Positions 1 through 12,851 of a stretch of 64,000 nt of DNA are shown here, in pieces. The stretch lies in assembly GCF_009914755.1 (NCBI RefSeq), contig NC_060929.1. The stretch is one strand, 5' to 3'. This stretch comes from the human T2T-CHM13v2.0 reference genome, Homo sapiens. The position numbers were made by a program, and so were the translations under genes. Numbering within the stretch: position 1 is the stretch's first letter; the number at the start of each line of letters is the position of its first letter. Below the pieces are notes generated by a model, which was given only the letters and a program-made list of their open reading frames with translations, did no database searches and was not told where the DNA came from.

Positions 1-229
1 CTCACGAGATCTAATGGTTTTATGAGGGGCTCTTCCCAGCTTTGCCTGGTACTTCTCCTTCCTGCCGCCTTGTGAAAAAGGTGCATTGCATCCCTTTCAC
101 CTTCTCCTATAATTGTAAGTTTCCTGAGGCCTTCCCAGCCATGCTGAACTTCAAGTCAATTAAACCTTTTTCTGTATAAATTACTCAGTCTCTGGTGGTT
201 CTTTATAGCAGTGTGAAAATGGACTAATG
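1..229 (+). mobile_element. 3' part of ERVL-MaLR LTR (MST/THE1-type)
   Basis: Typical MaLR motifs ttgtaagtttcctgaggcc..cccagccatg, attaaacct, and terminus ctttatagcagtgtgaaaatggactaat. Confidence 0.8.
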
Positions 230-1284
230 AAGTTCCCATTTATGAATTTTTGCTTTTGTTGCAATTGCTTTTGACATCTTAGTCATGAAATCCTTGCCTG
301 TTCTAAGTCCAGGATGGTATTGCCTAGGTTGTCTTCCAGGGTTTTTCTAATTTTGTGTTTTGCATTTAAGTGTTTAATCCATCTTGAGTTGATTTTTGTA
401 TATTGTGTATGGAAGGGGTCCAGTTTCAATCTTTTGCATATGGCTAGTTAGTTATCCCAGTACCATTTATTGAAAAGACAGTCTTTTCCCCATTGCTCGT
501 TTTTGTCAGTTTTATTGATGATCAGATAATCATAGCTGTGTGGCTTTATTTCTGGGTTCTCTATTCTGTTCTATTGGTTTATGTCCCTGTTTTTGTGCCA
601 GCACCATGCTGTTTTGGTTAACATAGCCCTGTAGTATAGTTTGAGGTCAGATAGCCTGATGCTTCCAGCTTTGTTCTTTTTCTTAAGATTGCCTTGGCTA
701 TTTGGCCTCTTTTTTGGTTCCACATGAATTTTAAAACAGTTGTTTCTAGTTTTGTGAAGAATGTCATTGGTAGTTTGATAGAAATAGCATTTAATCTGTA
801 AATTGCTTTGTGCAGTATGGCCTTTTAATGATATTGCTTCTTCCTATCCATGAGCATGATATGTTTTCCATTTTGTTTGTATCCTCTCTGATTTCTTTGT
901 GCAGTGTTTTGTAATTCTCATTGTAGAGATTTTTCACCTCCCTGGTTAGTTGTATTTTACCCTAGATATTTTATTCTTTTTGTGAAAATTGTGAATGGGA
1001 TTGCCTTCCTGATTTGACTGCCAGCTTGGTTACTGTTGGTTTATAGAAATGCTAGTGATTTTTGTACATTGATTTTCTTTCTAAAACTTTGCTGAAGTTT
1101 TTTTTATTAGCAGAAGGAGCTTTGCGGCTGAGACTATGGGGTTTTCTAGATATAGAATCATGTCAGCTTCAAATAGGGATAATTTTACTTCCTCTCTTCC
1201 TATTTGGATGCCCTTTATTTCTTTCTCTTGCCTGATTACTCTGGCTGGGATTTCCTATGTTGAATAGGAGTCATGAGGGAGGGC

Positions 1285-1287
<3 letters not shown>
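230..1287 (-). mobile_element. LINE-1 ORF2 (RT region) fragment, degenerate
   Basis: Antisense L1 ORF2 motifs such as tttaatccatcttgagttgatttttgtata, ggctgagactatgggggttttctagatatagaatcatgtc and tatgttgaataggag. Confidence 0.9.
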
Positions 1288-2206
<919 letters not shown>

Positions 2207-2620
2207 TGCCTTTCTTTTCAGTGGTCCATATGTAAGTCTTTTGAAAGTGGCAGCATCTCTACTGCTCATGCTTGTTGCAAGGAACTCTACTGAATACAAG
2301 GAACTTTACTAATCTCTAATGCTTGTGAGTAGATTCTGAACTCATCATTTAGAAAGCTAAACTGGGGGCTTTCTTCCCAGAGCAAAGACATAAAACAAAC
2401 CTCAATTGAGCGTGGGACAGGGAGTCATGTGCTATAAACTTCTTGGACAGTTCTTATTCTATGGACCAATTACCATTCCCTTGTATCTCTAATTTTGGGA
2501 TTATTTCTGGATTAAAACACAAAAAAAATCAGACTGTAAAAAGTCATCATTTCTACCAGTGTGAGAATATGTATTCCTCACCTTTACTGGGATTCACTGC
2601 CAGTATATATGCAAATGACT

Positions 2621-2670
2621 TATACACACACATACACACACGCACATACACACACACGTGTGTGTGTGTA
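2621..2670. repeat. (CA)n-(TG)n alternating purine-pyrimidine tract
   Basis: 50 bp of uninterrupted alternation with a central 20-bp palindrome acacacacacgtgtgtgtgt. Confidence 0.9.
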
Positions 2671-2849
2671 GGTATGTCTGTAATAGGTATTTATATGTTT
2701 GCCTGTCTTTCTATTAGAATTGAGATACAGCAAAATGCACAGAAATTAAGCATTCAATTTAGTAAGTTTTCACAAATGTACATATTTAATCAATATCTCA
2801 ATCAACGCAAAAACCATTGTTTCACCTCTGAAGATAATTTTTAATCTTT

Positions 2850-4900
2850 TGCAAATTATTGAGACTTATTTAATGACCGAGACTACACAGTCCTTCGTAA
2901 ACATTCCATGTAAATTTGATAAAAATATTTCCATGAAATTTTTTGTGTAGTGTTCTAAAACTTGAAATTAGACTACATTAGTTGATAGTATTATTAGAAT
3001 CTTCCAAATCCTTACTAATTTTTATATGTTCATCTATTGTTTATTTTGAGCCGATGATTAAAATCTTCAACTATGAGTGAAAGTCTATTTCTCTGTTTAG
3101 TTCTGTCTGTTTTTACTTCATGCATTTTGACACTCTGTTATCAGTTGTATAAACATTGAGAATTATAATGCATTGCTAATGAGCTTAACCTTTTATCATT
3201 CCATCTCTGATATTTCAGCTTATTTTGAATCCTACTTTCTCTGGTATTAGCCAGCTACATCAGTTTTACTTCCTTTCATTTTCAACCAATTTTATGACTC
3301 CATCTCAAAAAAAAAATGCATTCATTATACAGAGCATATAGTTTTGTCCTTTTTAAATCCAGTCTCAAAATTGCTAGCTCTTAATTTAAGTGTGTTATGG
3401 GTTGAATTGTCTGCCAAAAAAAACATACGTTGAAGTCCTTACCCCAGTAATTAAGGATGCAACCTTATTGAAAGACAGGATCTTTATAGATGTAATCAAG
3501 TCAAAATGGGATCATTAGAGTGGCCTGTAATCCAATGTGACTGGTGGCCTTATGAAAGGGGGAAATTTGGACACAAAAATGCCACCAGAAAGCACAACAT
3601 ATGAACATGAAGAAAGCCATCTAAAAGCCACGGAGAGATGTCTAGAACAGATTCTTCTTCACAGCCTTTAGAAGGAACCAGTACCTTGAATTCAGACTTC
3701 TAGCCTTCAGGACTTGAGATAATACATTTTTGTTGCTTGAGGCACCTAGTTTATGGTACTTTGTTATATAACCCTAGGAAACTAATATAAATGTTCAATC
3801 CATTTACATTTAATCAGTGATGTCAGTGTTGTTAAATCTACCATGTTACTATTTGCCTACTATTTTCTTATTTGGGTGTTGTTCTCTTCCCTTGGTTGTT
3901 GATATTTCTTTCTTCACCGGTTCAGTGTTACCTTCCTTAGAGTAAATGGATATTTTTCAATATTTCATTTTAATTATGCTATTGGCTTTATACCCTTCAT
4001 ACATGTGTTCTTGTTGATTCGATGTTCTTGGATCTCTGCATTGAAATTTTTCATCAAAATTTGAAAACACTGGCAATTATTTCTTCAAATATATTTTTTC
4101 TTTCCCATTTTCTGACTCATCCTTTTGAGACTTCATTTGTGTATAGGTTTGATGGCTTGATATCCCATGTCATTCAATCTCTTATTTTAATCATTTTCCT
4201 CTTTTGTTTGAGATTAGATAAATTCAAAAATGGTTTTCAAGGTTATTTGTCTGCTTTTCAGAGAGCTGAAATCTGAGAGTATACCCTGCCAGTGACTCTT
4301 TCATTGTATATTTTGCACTTGTTACTTCAACAATGTTCATTTCTCAAAATTACCTTTTTCGTTCTATCATTGTGACAATATCTCCATAGTCTAAGGACAT
4401 ATTCATAATATATATCTGTTGATTTCAATGCCTGGGTCATTATGATGTATGTTCTATTGACTGCTTTTTTCCCCTTGATTATTTATTAAATTTTCCTGCT
4501 TCTTTGCGTAACTTGTATTTTTGACTAATACACTGTAGAAAATCTAGACGTTGTCTTCTTGTAAAAGGCCCTAAGATAGTCCTTTGAAAGCTGTTAAGTG
4601 GCTTCCAGATCCTTTTGATCTGCCATGCCTGGTTTCATTATTTGTTAATGAAAATCTCTTTCATTTTTGTTCTTAAAGATAGGACATAGTCTTTACTGAA
4701 AGAAATAGTCCTTGTTCTTAATGCCTGGAATATTCCGTAAAATATCTTCCCTGTGGCTAGTCAGTAACCCAAACATCTCCTTGTCCTGTTACTACTGATA
4801 TCTTATTCCCACAGTATCTGCTTTCAGCAGGTCTTGCAGATGTTAACCCTGCTCAGGTATAGAGCAGCTTTTGACGAAATTGGTGCCAAATACTTATTCT
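2850..4900 (-). mobile_element. Old L1M-type fragments, interrupted by an MLT1 LTR
   Basis: Degenerate antisense L1-like motifs (ttaaaatcttcaactat, ttcatgcattttga, attatttcttcaaatat). Boundaries uncertain. Confidence 0.5.
3393..3789 (+). mobile_element. MLT1 (MaLR) solo LTR, MLT1A/B-like
   Basis: Starts tgttatgggttgaattgt and ends ctaggaaactaatata. Internal accttgaattcagacttctagcct and tttatggtactttgtta. Confidence 0.85.
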
Positions 4901-5014
4901 GGCTTCTGTAGGCCTACCCCATGCCTCTTTTTCCTTTCCTATACAAATTTCAGCCACTTCAGCAGCTCTTAAATAACAACCACTTAAGCAAGTGTAAGCT
5001 ATTTACAAATATCG

Positions 5015-5056
5015 ATAGATAGATAGATAGAGAGAGAGAGAGATGATATAGATAGA
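5015..5056. repeat. (GATA)n/(GA)n microsatellite
   Basis: gatagatagatagatagagagagagagagatgatata. Confidence 0.9.
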
Positions 5057-5057
5057 G

Positions 5058-5302
5058 ATTTAATTGTAATTTTAGATTCAGGGGGTATATGTGCAGGTTT
5101 GTTACAAAGTTATATTGCTTGCTGCTACTGTTTGGGCTTCCACTGATCCTGTCACCCAGGTAGTGAACTGAATACCTAACAGGAAGTTCCTTGGCTCTTG
5201 TCCCTCTACCCCTACCTCTTTTTGGAACCTAATTAAACTAAGAGCTTCTGCATAGCAAAAGAAATTATCAACAAATAAGCAGACAACCTACAAAATGAGA
5301 GC
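5058..5302. mobile_element. Short L1 insertion: minus-strand 3' UTR end joined to a plus-strand ORF2 piece
   Basis: 5058-5224 is an antisense L1 3' end (atgtgcaggtttgttac). 5225-5302 is sense ORF2 (cctaattaaactaagagcttctgcatagcaaaagaaa). Confidence 0.75.
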
Positions 5303-5906
5303 TTTAAGCTTTAATTTCTTCCTCTAAACTCATTATTTTTAGAGTCTGCCTCCTTGTTTAATGGGAGAAAAAGTGCCCCTAGTCACATTCTCTGGTTAAA
5401 TGTGGTACTTACCTCACAGCTTTCTTCTCTCTTGAGTATGAAAAACTTGTACTTCTTGTTTGATGCATAAAATCTGGTTCCTCATATATGTTGCCCAGTT
5501 TTATCATTGTTTATAGTGAAAAGGCAAGTCCCTCCAATAATTCTATTATGGCCAAAGACTAAAGTGCCTCTGATATGACTTATGTCCTTCAGAAATTGCT
5601 TACTCTTTAGTCTGTTGGTAGAATTCTTCTCAACTTTCCATAGTTATTTTAATAAGTACTATATTTTCCTATTTCAATGGCAATTTGGAATAAAGGAGAA
5701 ATAAATGTATTTGTTTGGTCCATCTTTGTGTATTCAAACTGTTAAGTCATTACTTTTCACGTCCACTACACATATTACTGCACAGTAATTCCTTGTTTAC
5801 ACCTATAATCTCCCTCTCCTGTTTTCCTAGTTTCTATTCAAGTATTTGGGGTAACTGATATTTCTTAAAACAATATGTATTCTTGGAAAGAGATGTTTCT
5901 AGAATC

Positions 5907-6159
5907 CCCTTCTTAGGTGACTTATTAGGAAAAATTATAAGAATAAGAACGAGAATAGAGAAGAAAAGTAATTGAAGACATCCACTTCAACTCTAAATCC
6001 CCCTAGGAGAAAAAAGGCTAGCACTTATTTAAATGCCCTTCTTAGGTGACTTATTAGGAAAAATTATAAGAATAAGAATGAGGATAAAGAAAAGTAATCG
6101 AAGATACCCACTTCAACTCTAAATCCCCACAGGAGAAAAATGGCTGGCACTTATTTAAA
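5907..6159. repeat. Tandem duplication, two copies of a ~129-bp unit
   Basis: cccttcttaggtgacttattaggaaaaattataagaataagaa begins at both 5907 and 6036. Both copies end gcacttatttaaa. Confidence 0.95.
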
Positions 6160-8213
6160 CTCATCTAGGTTTTAGTTTTGCTGATGTTGTTTTTCCAATA
6201 ATAATCTGTTTCAATTATTATAACAGCAATTTCAGTGAAATATGGTACTTACCAGCTAAGTTTTACACAGGGAAGCACTTTCCTAAACACTTCCCCATCC
6301 TTCTTCAAAGTTTGAATCCAAATCTTTTGTACTCCAGGGCTTATTTTGTTTTTCCTACAGCATTCTGCCTTTCTAGAATTAGCACTAGTTACCCTCAGGA
6401 AAAGCAAATACATGGACCCATAAAATAATCTTTGGAAGTCTTTCTTCTCCTGCTAGTTACCAAATTATAATCTTCTTATTGTAATAATAAAATAAAATAA
6501 AAAATAAAAAGAACTATTTTACTCTAATAAGTTTCCCATTAAGCTAAGCCTGCTTTTGTTGTATTAGAGATTAACATATGTAGACAGTGTTCTTTTTGAC
6601 TGGAAATGGGGATTAGTTATGGTTCAAGTAATGCATAAACAAGATGTATTTTTAAAAATACGTCATATTTATGCATTATATTTAAGCAGCCATTTGTAAA
6701 AAGCTGAAACTTATTAGAAAGTGAATTCTTCATACTCATGTTTGTATTTTCAATGTTTAGGATTATTTGTTAGCTTAGGTATAGACTAGATTATTTTTCT
6801 AAACAAACAGGAATAAGAAATATAGGTAGTAAAATTTACATGACCTGGTAAAATTTAAAATATCCATTCTGACTAACAGGCAGTGATGAGAACAATAAAT
6901 AAAATATATCTTGGTTTAAATTCTAAGTAAATATATTTGACAATATAAATATAAACATACTCATATGAGTGAATTGCTTCTAATTCTGGCTTTTAGCTAA
7001 ATAAGCACTTAATGCTAGTAAGAAAAATACATTATTTCATAAAGATAACAAATTCTTTCAGAAATAGTAATTATATTTTTAAAGAGTTTGGGGAAAATAG
7101 AAGTGTATACTCTAATCTTATAGCAAAGTTTCTGCTAAGTTTTTGTGATGCCAGTGTTTTCATTATGAATCATTTCACTGTCAAACAAAATGTACGCTGT
7201 TGATTAAACACAGGCAAAAAGAGACGGAAAGAAAAAGGTATATTAAAAAAAAGACCTTTGGTTATTCTGGCTGCCACCAATTGCTTTCTTGTTTCAGCTG
7301 AATTTTGAAGTAGCTAATCATATTTTGGCATTTTCTTGTCATCAAAGCATTTCGTGAAATTATCCCATTACAATGTTTTTCTCAGAGGCAAAATTAACAT
7401 GGTTGACAGTTTAATTGACATATTTCTTTTTCGTTGTGTGCCTTTGCCAATTAAACAAATTGCACCCTATTTTGATGTTCATTTTGTTAATTATTTGTAA
7501 AACTGTAGACTCTGATTTTTTTTTTTTTTAATTTTCAGGTGTCAGTTTCTTGGTCGGGAATGAAAATAGTGCCAACCTGTGATACCTTCACTCTAATTTT
7601 ACTTTCTGAGGAAGTTTTCTGTAATAGTTATTTGGTGATAATTATTAATACTGGTGAGTTTTAAAATTTTTGCTTTCAGCAATTTTCCATTTTTTTCAAC
7701 ATACTTATATCGCAATGAGGCAACCAAATATGAATCCTGAGAATGAAGATGGAAAATGAATATTTTAATCCAATATCGAGTTGTTCTTTCAACATTTTTA
7801 GTTTTAGTTTTAATCGAAAATATAAAGTTACATAATTGTGTGAGGAATAATTTTTGCAGAGAAATTTTTAAAAATTCACAAAAGGAAAAAGAAACCTTTA
7901 CCATGAGTCTATAACATTGAAAGACTGTGTTTAAGTTATTTTAATAAAGCCAAACCAACACTTTCAGCAGGAACTAAATGGCAGCATCTGATTTCACGCT
8001 GATACATATGTATTAGTGTGGTGCTCACTTTTACCCTTCATTTTACCTTGGGTCTTGCCATTTTCTTTCTTTTTATTTTTATGTTTTTTTGTGTTTTGTT
8101 TTCTTCTGGAGGAGGTAATTTTTAGGGAGAAAAAAAACACTTTTTCCTCATAGGTCGATTTAAAATGTTGGCCTTACCTTAATCTCCTCTCTCAAACTCA
8201 ATCCACTATGTAA

Positions 8214-8410
8214 TGGGTCAACATACTTTTCTGTGAAGGAGCAGATAGTAAATATTTTAGTCTTTGCAGGCCATATGGTCTCTGTTGCCAGCTCTTCCAT
8301 TGTGGTGTGAAAGCAGCCATAGACAACACAGAAATGAATAAGTGTAACTGTTCCAATAAAAACAGATGATATGTTGAATTTAGCTCACAGAGTTTAGCTT
8401 GCTGCCCCTG
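8214..8410 (+). mobile_element. MER58A-like hAT-Charlie MITE
   Basis: cagatagtaaatattttag..tttgcaggccatatggtctctgttgc..aaagcagccatagacaa..tgttccaataaaa, ending cccctg. Confidence 0.8.
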
Positions 8411-10419
8411 CAGGAGGCCTTTGGAGTAAAAGCTTCCTGAGAGGAGGACTTTTTGTCTTTTTTGCTCAAGTTCTAGCTCCAGTACCTAAAATAGTGCCTG
8501 TCACGTAGGTATTGATGAATATTGGAACCTGTTGAACATACACCTAAAATAAAACATTTGGCAAGATACAGTACTACACAATTTGGAGAACACTTGGCTC
8601 CCATAGAAATCAAAGCCTTCCTGAGTAATTAATTATTTGGCCTGATGATGAATTACTGTGCCTGAGATGATAGAGCTAATTTATTTTTCAATTCACTCAG
8701 GGGACACACGTTATTTTCACTGTGAATTTGGTTAAAATGAAAAGATTTCCTGCTCTAAGTCCTGGATAGACCTTTATGTAATAGCATACTCTTCACTCTT
8801 TTTGAATCACATGCAGTTGTCACACTGGATGATTTCCAGACAGAGGCTCCAAGTCTTTCATCATGTTTGGGTTAAAGACCTCATTAACATACTAGTCCTG
8901 CCATTTGAGTCTGTTCTCTTCACGGAATATTTTCACCTGAATCAGTGGGTATAATTCATCAGTGTCTGGTTGCTTCAAGTTATTTTTCTTAATGCTGATG
9001 TTAATGCATGCCCATCTTTATGCCTCAACACATTGCACAATGAAAAACAAAAATTATTTTGGAAGACACAGCTGACATCTATATGAAATATTCAGTATCA
9101 GTGATTGAACTTCAGCAAGCTCCTGTGGCCAGCAGGGTTTTACGGAGGTGCAACTGCTCTCCCACGATCACTTATCATAAAGCCAGAGACAATTGGGCCA
9201 ATGTAGCCTCTTGCCTGCTTTTGTGTACAAAATATAAATAGAATAGAGCAAATAAGGAAAAATAGTCCCGCAGCTGGAAGGCAACTTTAAAGAAAAATGA
9301 TGTTCATAGCTGTCTTGCCAGTAGCTGGCAAAGCAGTTTTTATAAGACATATTTAATGTTTACAACCACTTGGAGGCTGGGGAAGGAGTAATACTTTGAA
9401 AATATGTTTAATGTTGTGAACCACTCTGTGGCCGAGAAGCAACTCCGGCTAAAATATATTTAATGCTTAGAGTCATTTGGTGGTTTCGAAAAAAAAGAAA
9501 CTTCTTGTTAATTTTTAACATTTATTGCTGATCAGTGGCTGCTAAAGTAACTATCAGTACAGCATGATTTATATTTAGGGACACGCTGTGCTGCTACTAA
9601 AACAATTCATACTCTTCTCTCAAGGCTACACAAAAAGTGTCAATAGCATTACCTTTGCAATTGCACCACTAATAAAAACATAGGAATCAAACAGACGAAT
9701 AAAATGCTCCCTGCCCACACAGCCATAACATCCTATGGCCCTGAAAATAGTTCTGCCAAGCTGCGTGCAGTGGACACTTCACGGCTGGCACAGGAGAGAT
9801 CACAAGGCCTTGCTCAATTTCATCAAAAGTGTTAAAGCGACTCAGCAGATTGTGAAGCACAAGTGGAAGCTGATAATTGGTGTTTCTTACAAATCAACGG
9901 CTTGTCTCCACACATCAAGGTAAAGGCGTCCTCTACACCAAAGAAAATGTAAATTGGGATAGAAGGTCATTATGTTTTTAAATAAACTTGGTTAAATTTG
10001 TAGAAAGGGCAATGGTAAATACTGAGCTCACATGTCAGATGGAGAGAAAACTTGAGAAAAGGGAAGAAGATAATGAGCTGGAACCTTTACCATTTAGACT
10101 TTCTCTGGCTAGCTTTCTGAGAATGATCATCAAACTCTTATGAGGACCCTTTCCAATGTATTGACTGCACTTCCCCAGGGATTGTGGCAAATGGTAAATA
10201 TATATTTTCTCCTTGCTACTTGCAATAACCCTGCTCATAAAGTGTTACTATTATTCACTTGCAGGTGAGAAAATCAATGTAAAAGAGGAGAAATAACCCA
10301 CACAACCACATACAACTAGGAAATGATAGATGGATCTGAAAAAAAGGATATGCACTCTTAACAAGTTCAACACCCAAGTACTATTGCAAGTACCAGCTGT
10401 ATTTCATGGAAAAAAAAAA

Positions 10420-11270
10420 AAGAATAACTCAAAAGGCAGAACGAAGAGCCTAGAGGTCAGAGATGAGAGGCATGAATAATTATTCACAGGCGTTGAATAT
10501 AATCAAATGACTTGCAACATTTACCACTGGGATTTTAAAATGTGGTGGACCAATCATTCTTTTAGTCTGTGCATTTTCCCATTTTTTTCAACAGGAATGT
10601 CTAGAGACATTATTCCTGTTTTGCCACTGTATTTTTGGTGAATGTGTAGTAAGTAACTGGCCTCTTTAGTATCACAAAGCTGGATGAAGAAAATGTGGTA
10701 CATATACACCATGAAATACTATGCCGCCACAAAAAGGAAATGAGATCATGTCCTCTGCAGGGACATGGATGAAGCTGGAAGCCATTATCCTTAGCAAAGT
10801 AACGCAGGAACAGAAAACCAAACACCACATGTTGTCTCTTAGAAGTGGGAGCTGAACGGTAAGAACACATGGACACAGGGTGGAGAACAATACACACTGG
10901 GGCTTGATGGGGGGTGGAGGGGAGGGATGGGGAGCATTAGAAAAAATAACTAATGCATGCTGGGCTTAATACCTATGTGATGGGTTGATAGGTGCAGCAA
11001 ACCACCCTGGCACATGTTTATCAATGTAACAAACCTGCACATCCTGCACAGGTACTCCAAAACTAAAAGTAAAAAAATCTAAAAGAAAAAAAAAAAGAAT
11101 TAAACCCAAAATCACTTCCCCATCTGGACTTGATTTAGATGAAAAGCTTCTGGACTTTGAGCTGATGCTATAGTGGGTTGAAAATTTTGGGGTCCTCAGA
11201 AGGGGATGAGGATATATTGCATGAGAGAGCAACATGAATCATTGAGAGCCAGAGTATAGAGAGTGGTAGG
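10420..11270 (+). mobile_element. MLT1-int (MaLR internal) remnant, split by an L1 3' end
   Basis: ctggactttgagctgatgct and a purine-rich tract running directly into an MLT1 LTR start. Left boundary uncertain. Confidence 0.5.
10681..11097 (+). mobile_element. 5'-truncated L1PA 3' end with poly-A
   Basis: aagaaaatgtggtacatatacaccatg, gggacatggatgaagctggaa, a G-rich tract, gtaacaaacctgcacatcctgcaca and an A-rich tail. Confidence 0.92.
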
Positions 11271-11272
11271 TA

Positions 11273-11700
11273 GACTGTAGGAGAGCCCTCAATGATCCCG
11301 GCTTTCTTGTATTCGCGTTGCACTTACTTGTATAATATGGCAGATGGGATGTGATGTCACTTTCAAGATTAGGTTATAAATAGACTATGGCTTCAATCAG
11401 AGGGTTTTCTCTCTGTCTAGCTCTCTTTTGGGTAGTTCATTCTGAGGAAAGCCAGCTGCCACGTTATGATGTAGGCCTGTGAGGTCCACGTAGCAAAGAA
11501 CATATGGAAGATTTCTACCACCCCCTAACTAAGCCTTTAGATCAGACTGCAACCCCAGCCAACAAGGTAGCTACAAACTCTTGAGAAGCCTTGAGACAGA
11601 GGTACTCAATAGAGCCATTCCTATGAGAAACGTAAGTATCTGCTGTTTTACACCGCTAAGGTTTTAGCTAATGTATTATGCCATAATAGATAAGTTATAT
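11273..11700 (+). mobile_element. MLT1 LTR (MLT1E/F-like)
   Basis: gatgggatgtgatgtcactttcaagattaggttataa, gccagctgccacgtt, and terminus ccgctaaggtttt..aatagataag. Confidence 0.7.
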
Positions 11701-11729
11701 ACAACCTTTATCAAATAATAAAAGTAACC

Positions 11730-12170
11730 ATCATCAGTAATGAGACAAATCAAAAACCATGGCCCACCCAATAGAACATAATGAGGAGAGTACAGAATTG
11801 CTTCTGGGATATTTCTGACAAAGATGTATATGCTTCATTCATACATGAGGAAACATCACACATACTCAAGATGGGAGAGCCATTCTAAAAAATAACTAGG
11901 CAGAAATCTTCAAAAATATTAAAGTCACGGAAACCAAGAAAAAATATGAACCTGTTTCAGATTAAAGGAAACTAAACAGACCTAACATTTTAATACAATG
12001 TTTGATTTTGAACTTGAACTTTTTGTTATATAAGACACTATTGAGACAAGTGCTAATGCTTGAATAGGGCTGAAGGATTAGATTATAATAATACATTAAT
12101 GCAAATTTCCTGATTTTAAACATTGTAGTTTGATTGCACAAGGAGAATGTCTTTATGTGTGGAAAATAAA
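11730..12170 (+). mobile_element. Old L1M 3'-UTR fragment
   Basis: ctgtttcagattaaaggaaactaa, atgcaaatttcctgatttt, ggagaatgtcttt. Confidence 0.6.
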
Positions 12171-12458
12171 TAGTCAACATTCTGTCTTCAAGCTTCTGAA
12201 AAAACTCTGCTTTTAGGGCATAGATAGAAGTGGATGATAATTCACCTGTTCCTCTGCTACTAATTGAGCTGCTCTCTGTTTCCATGGCTGGCTCATGGGA
12301 TGAGAGAATATATCTAGTTTTTTATGTTTCAATTTGTCTCTCTATGGCATTTTTGTGAAAATAAGGAAGTGTGGAGACTTATATATGTTTCTAAATTATA
12401 ATAGTTCATTAATGTAAAGTACAGACACAGTCTTCACTTTTCCTTCTTAGACCGTTTA

Positions 12459-12851
<393 letters not shown>

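Noticed and set aside
9345-9485. CRISPR-like repeat/spacer pattern
   Set aside because: Only three highly degenerate, non-palindromic units in eukaryotic DNA with no cas genes. Kept only as a low-ranked repeat finding.
10908-10935. G-quadruplex-like G-rich tract
   Set aside because: Standard feature of the L1 3' UTR.
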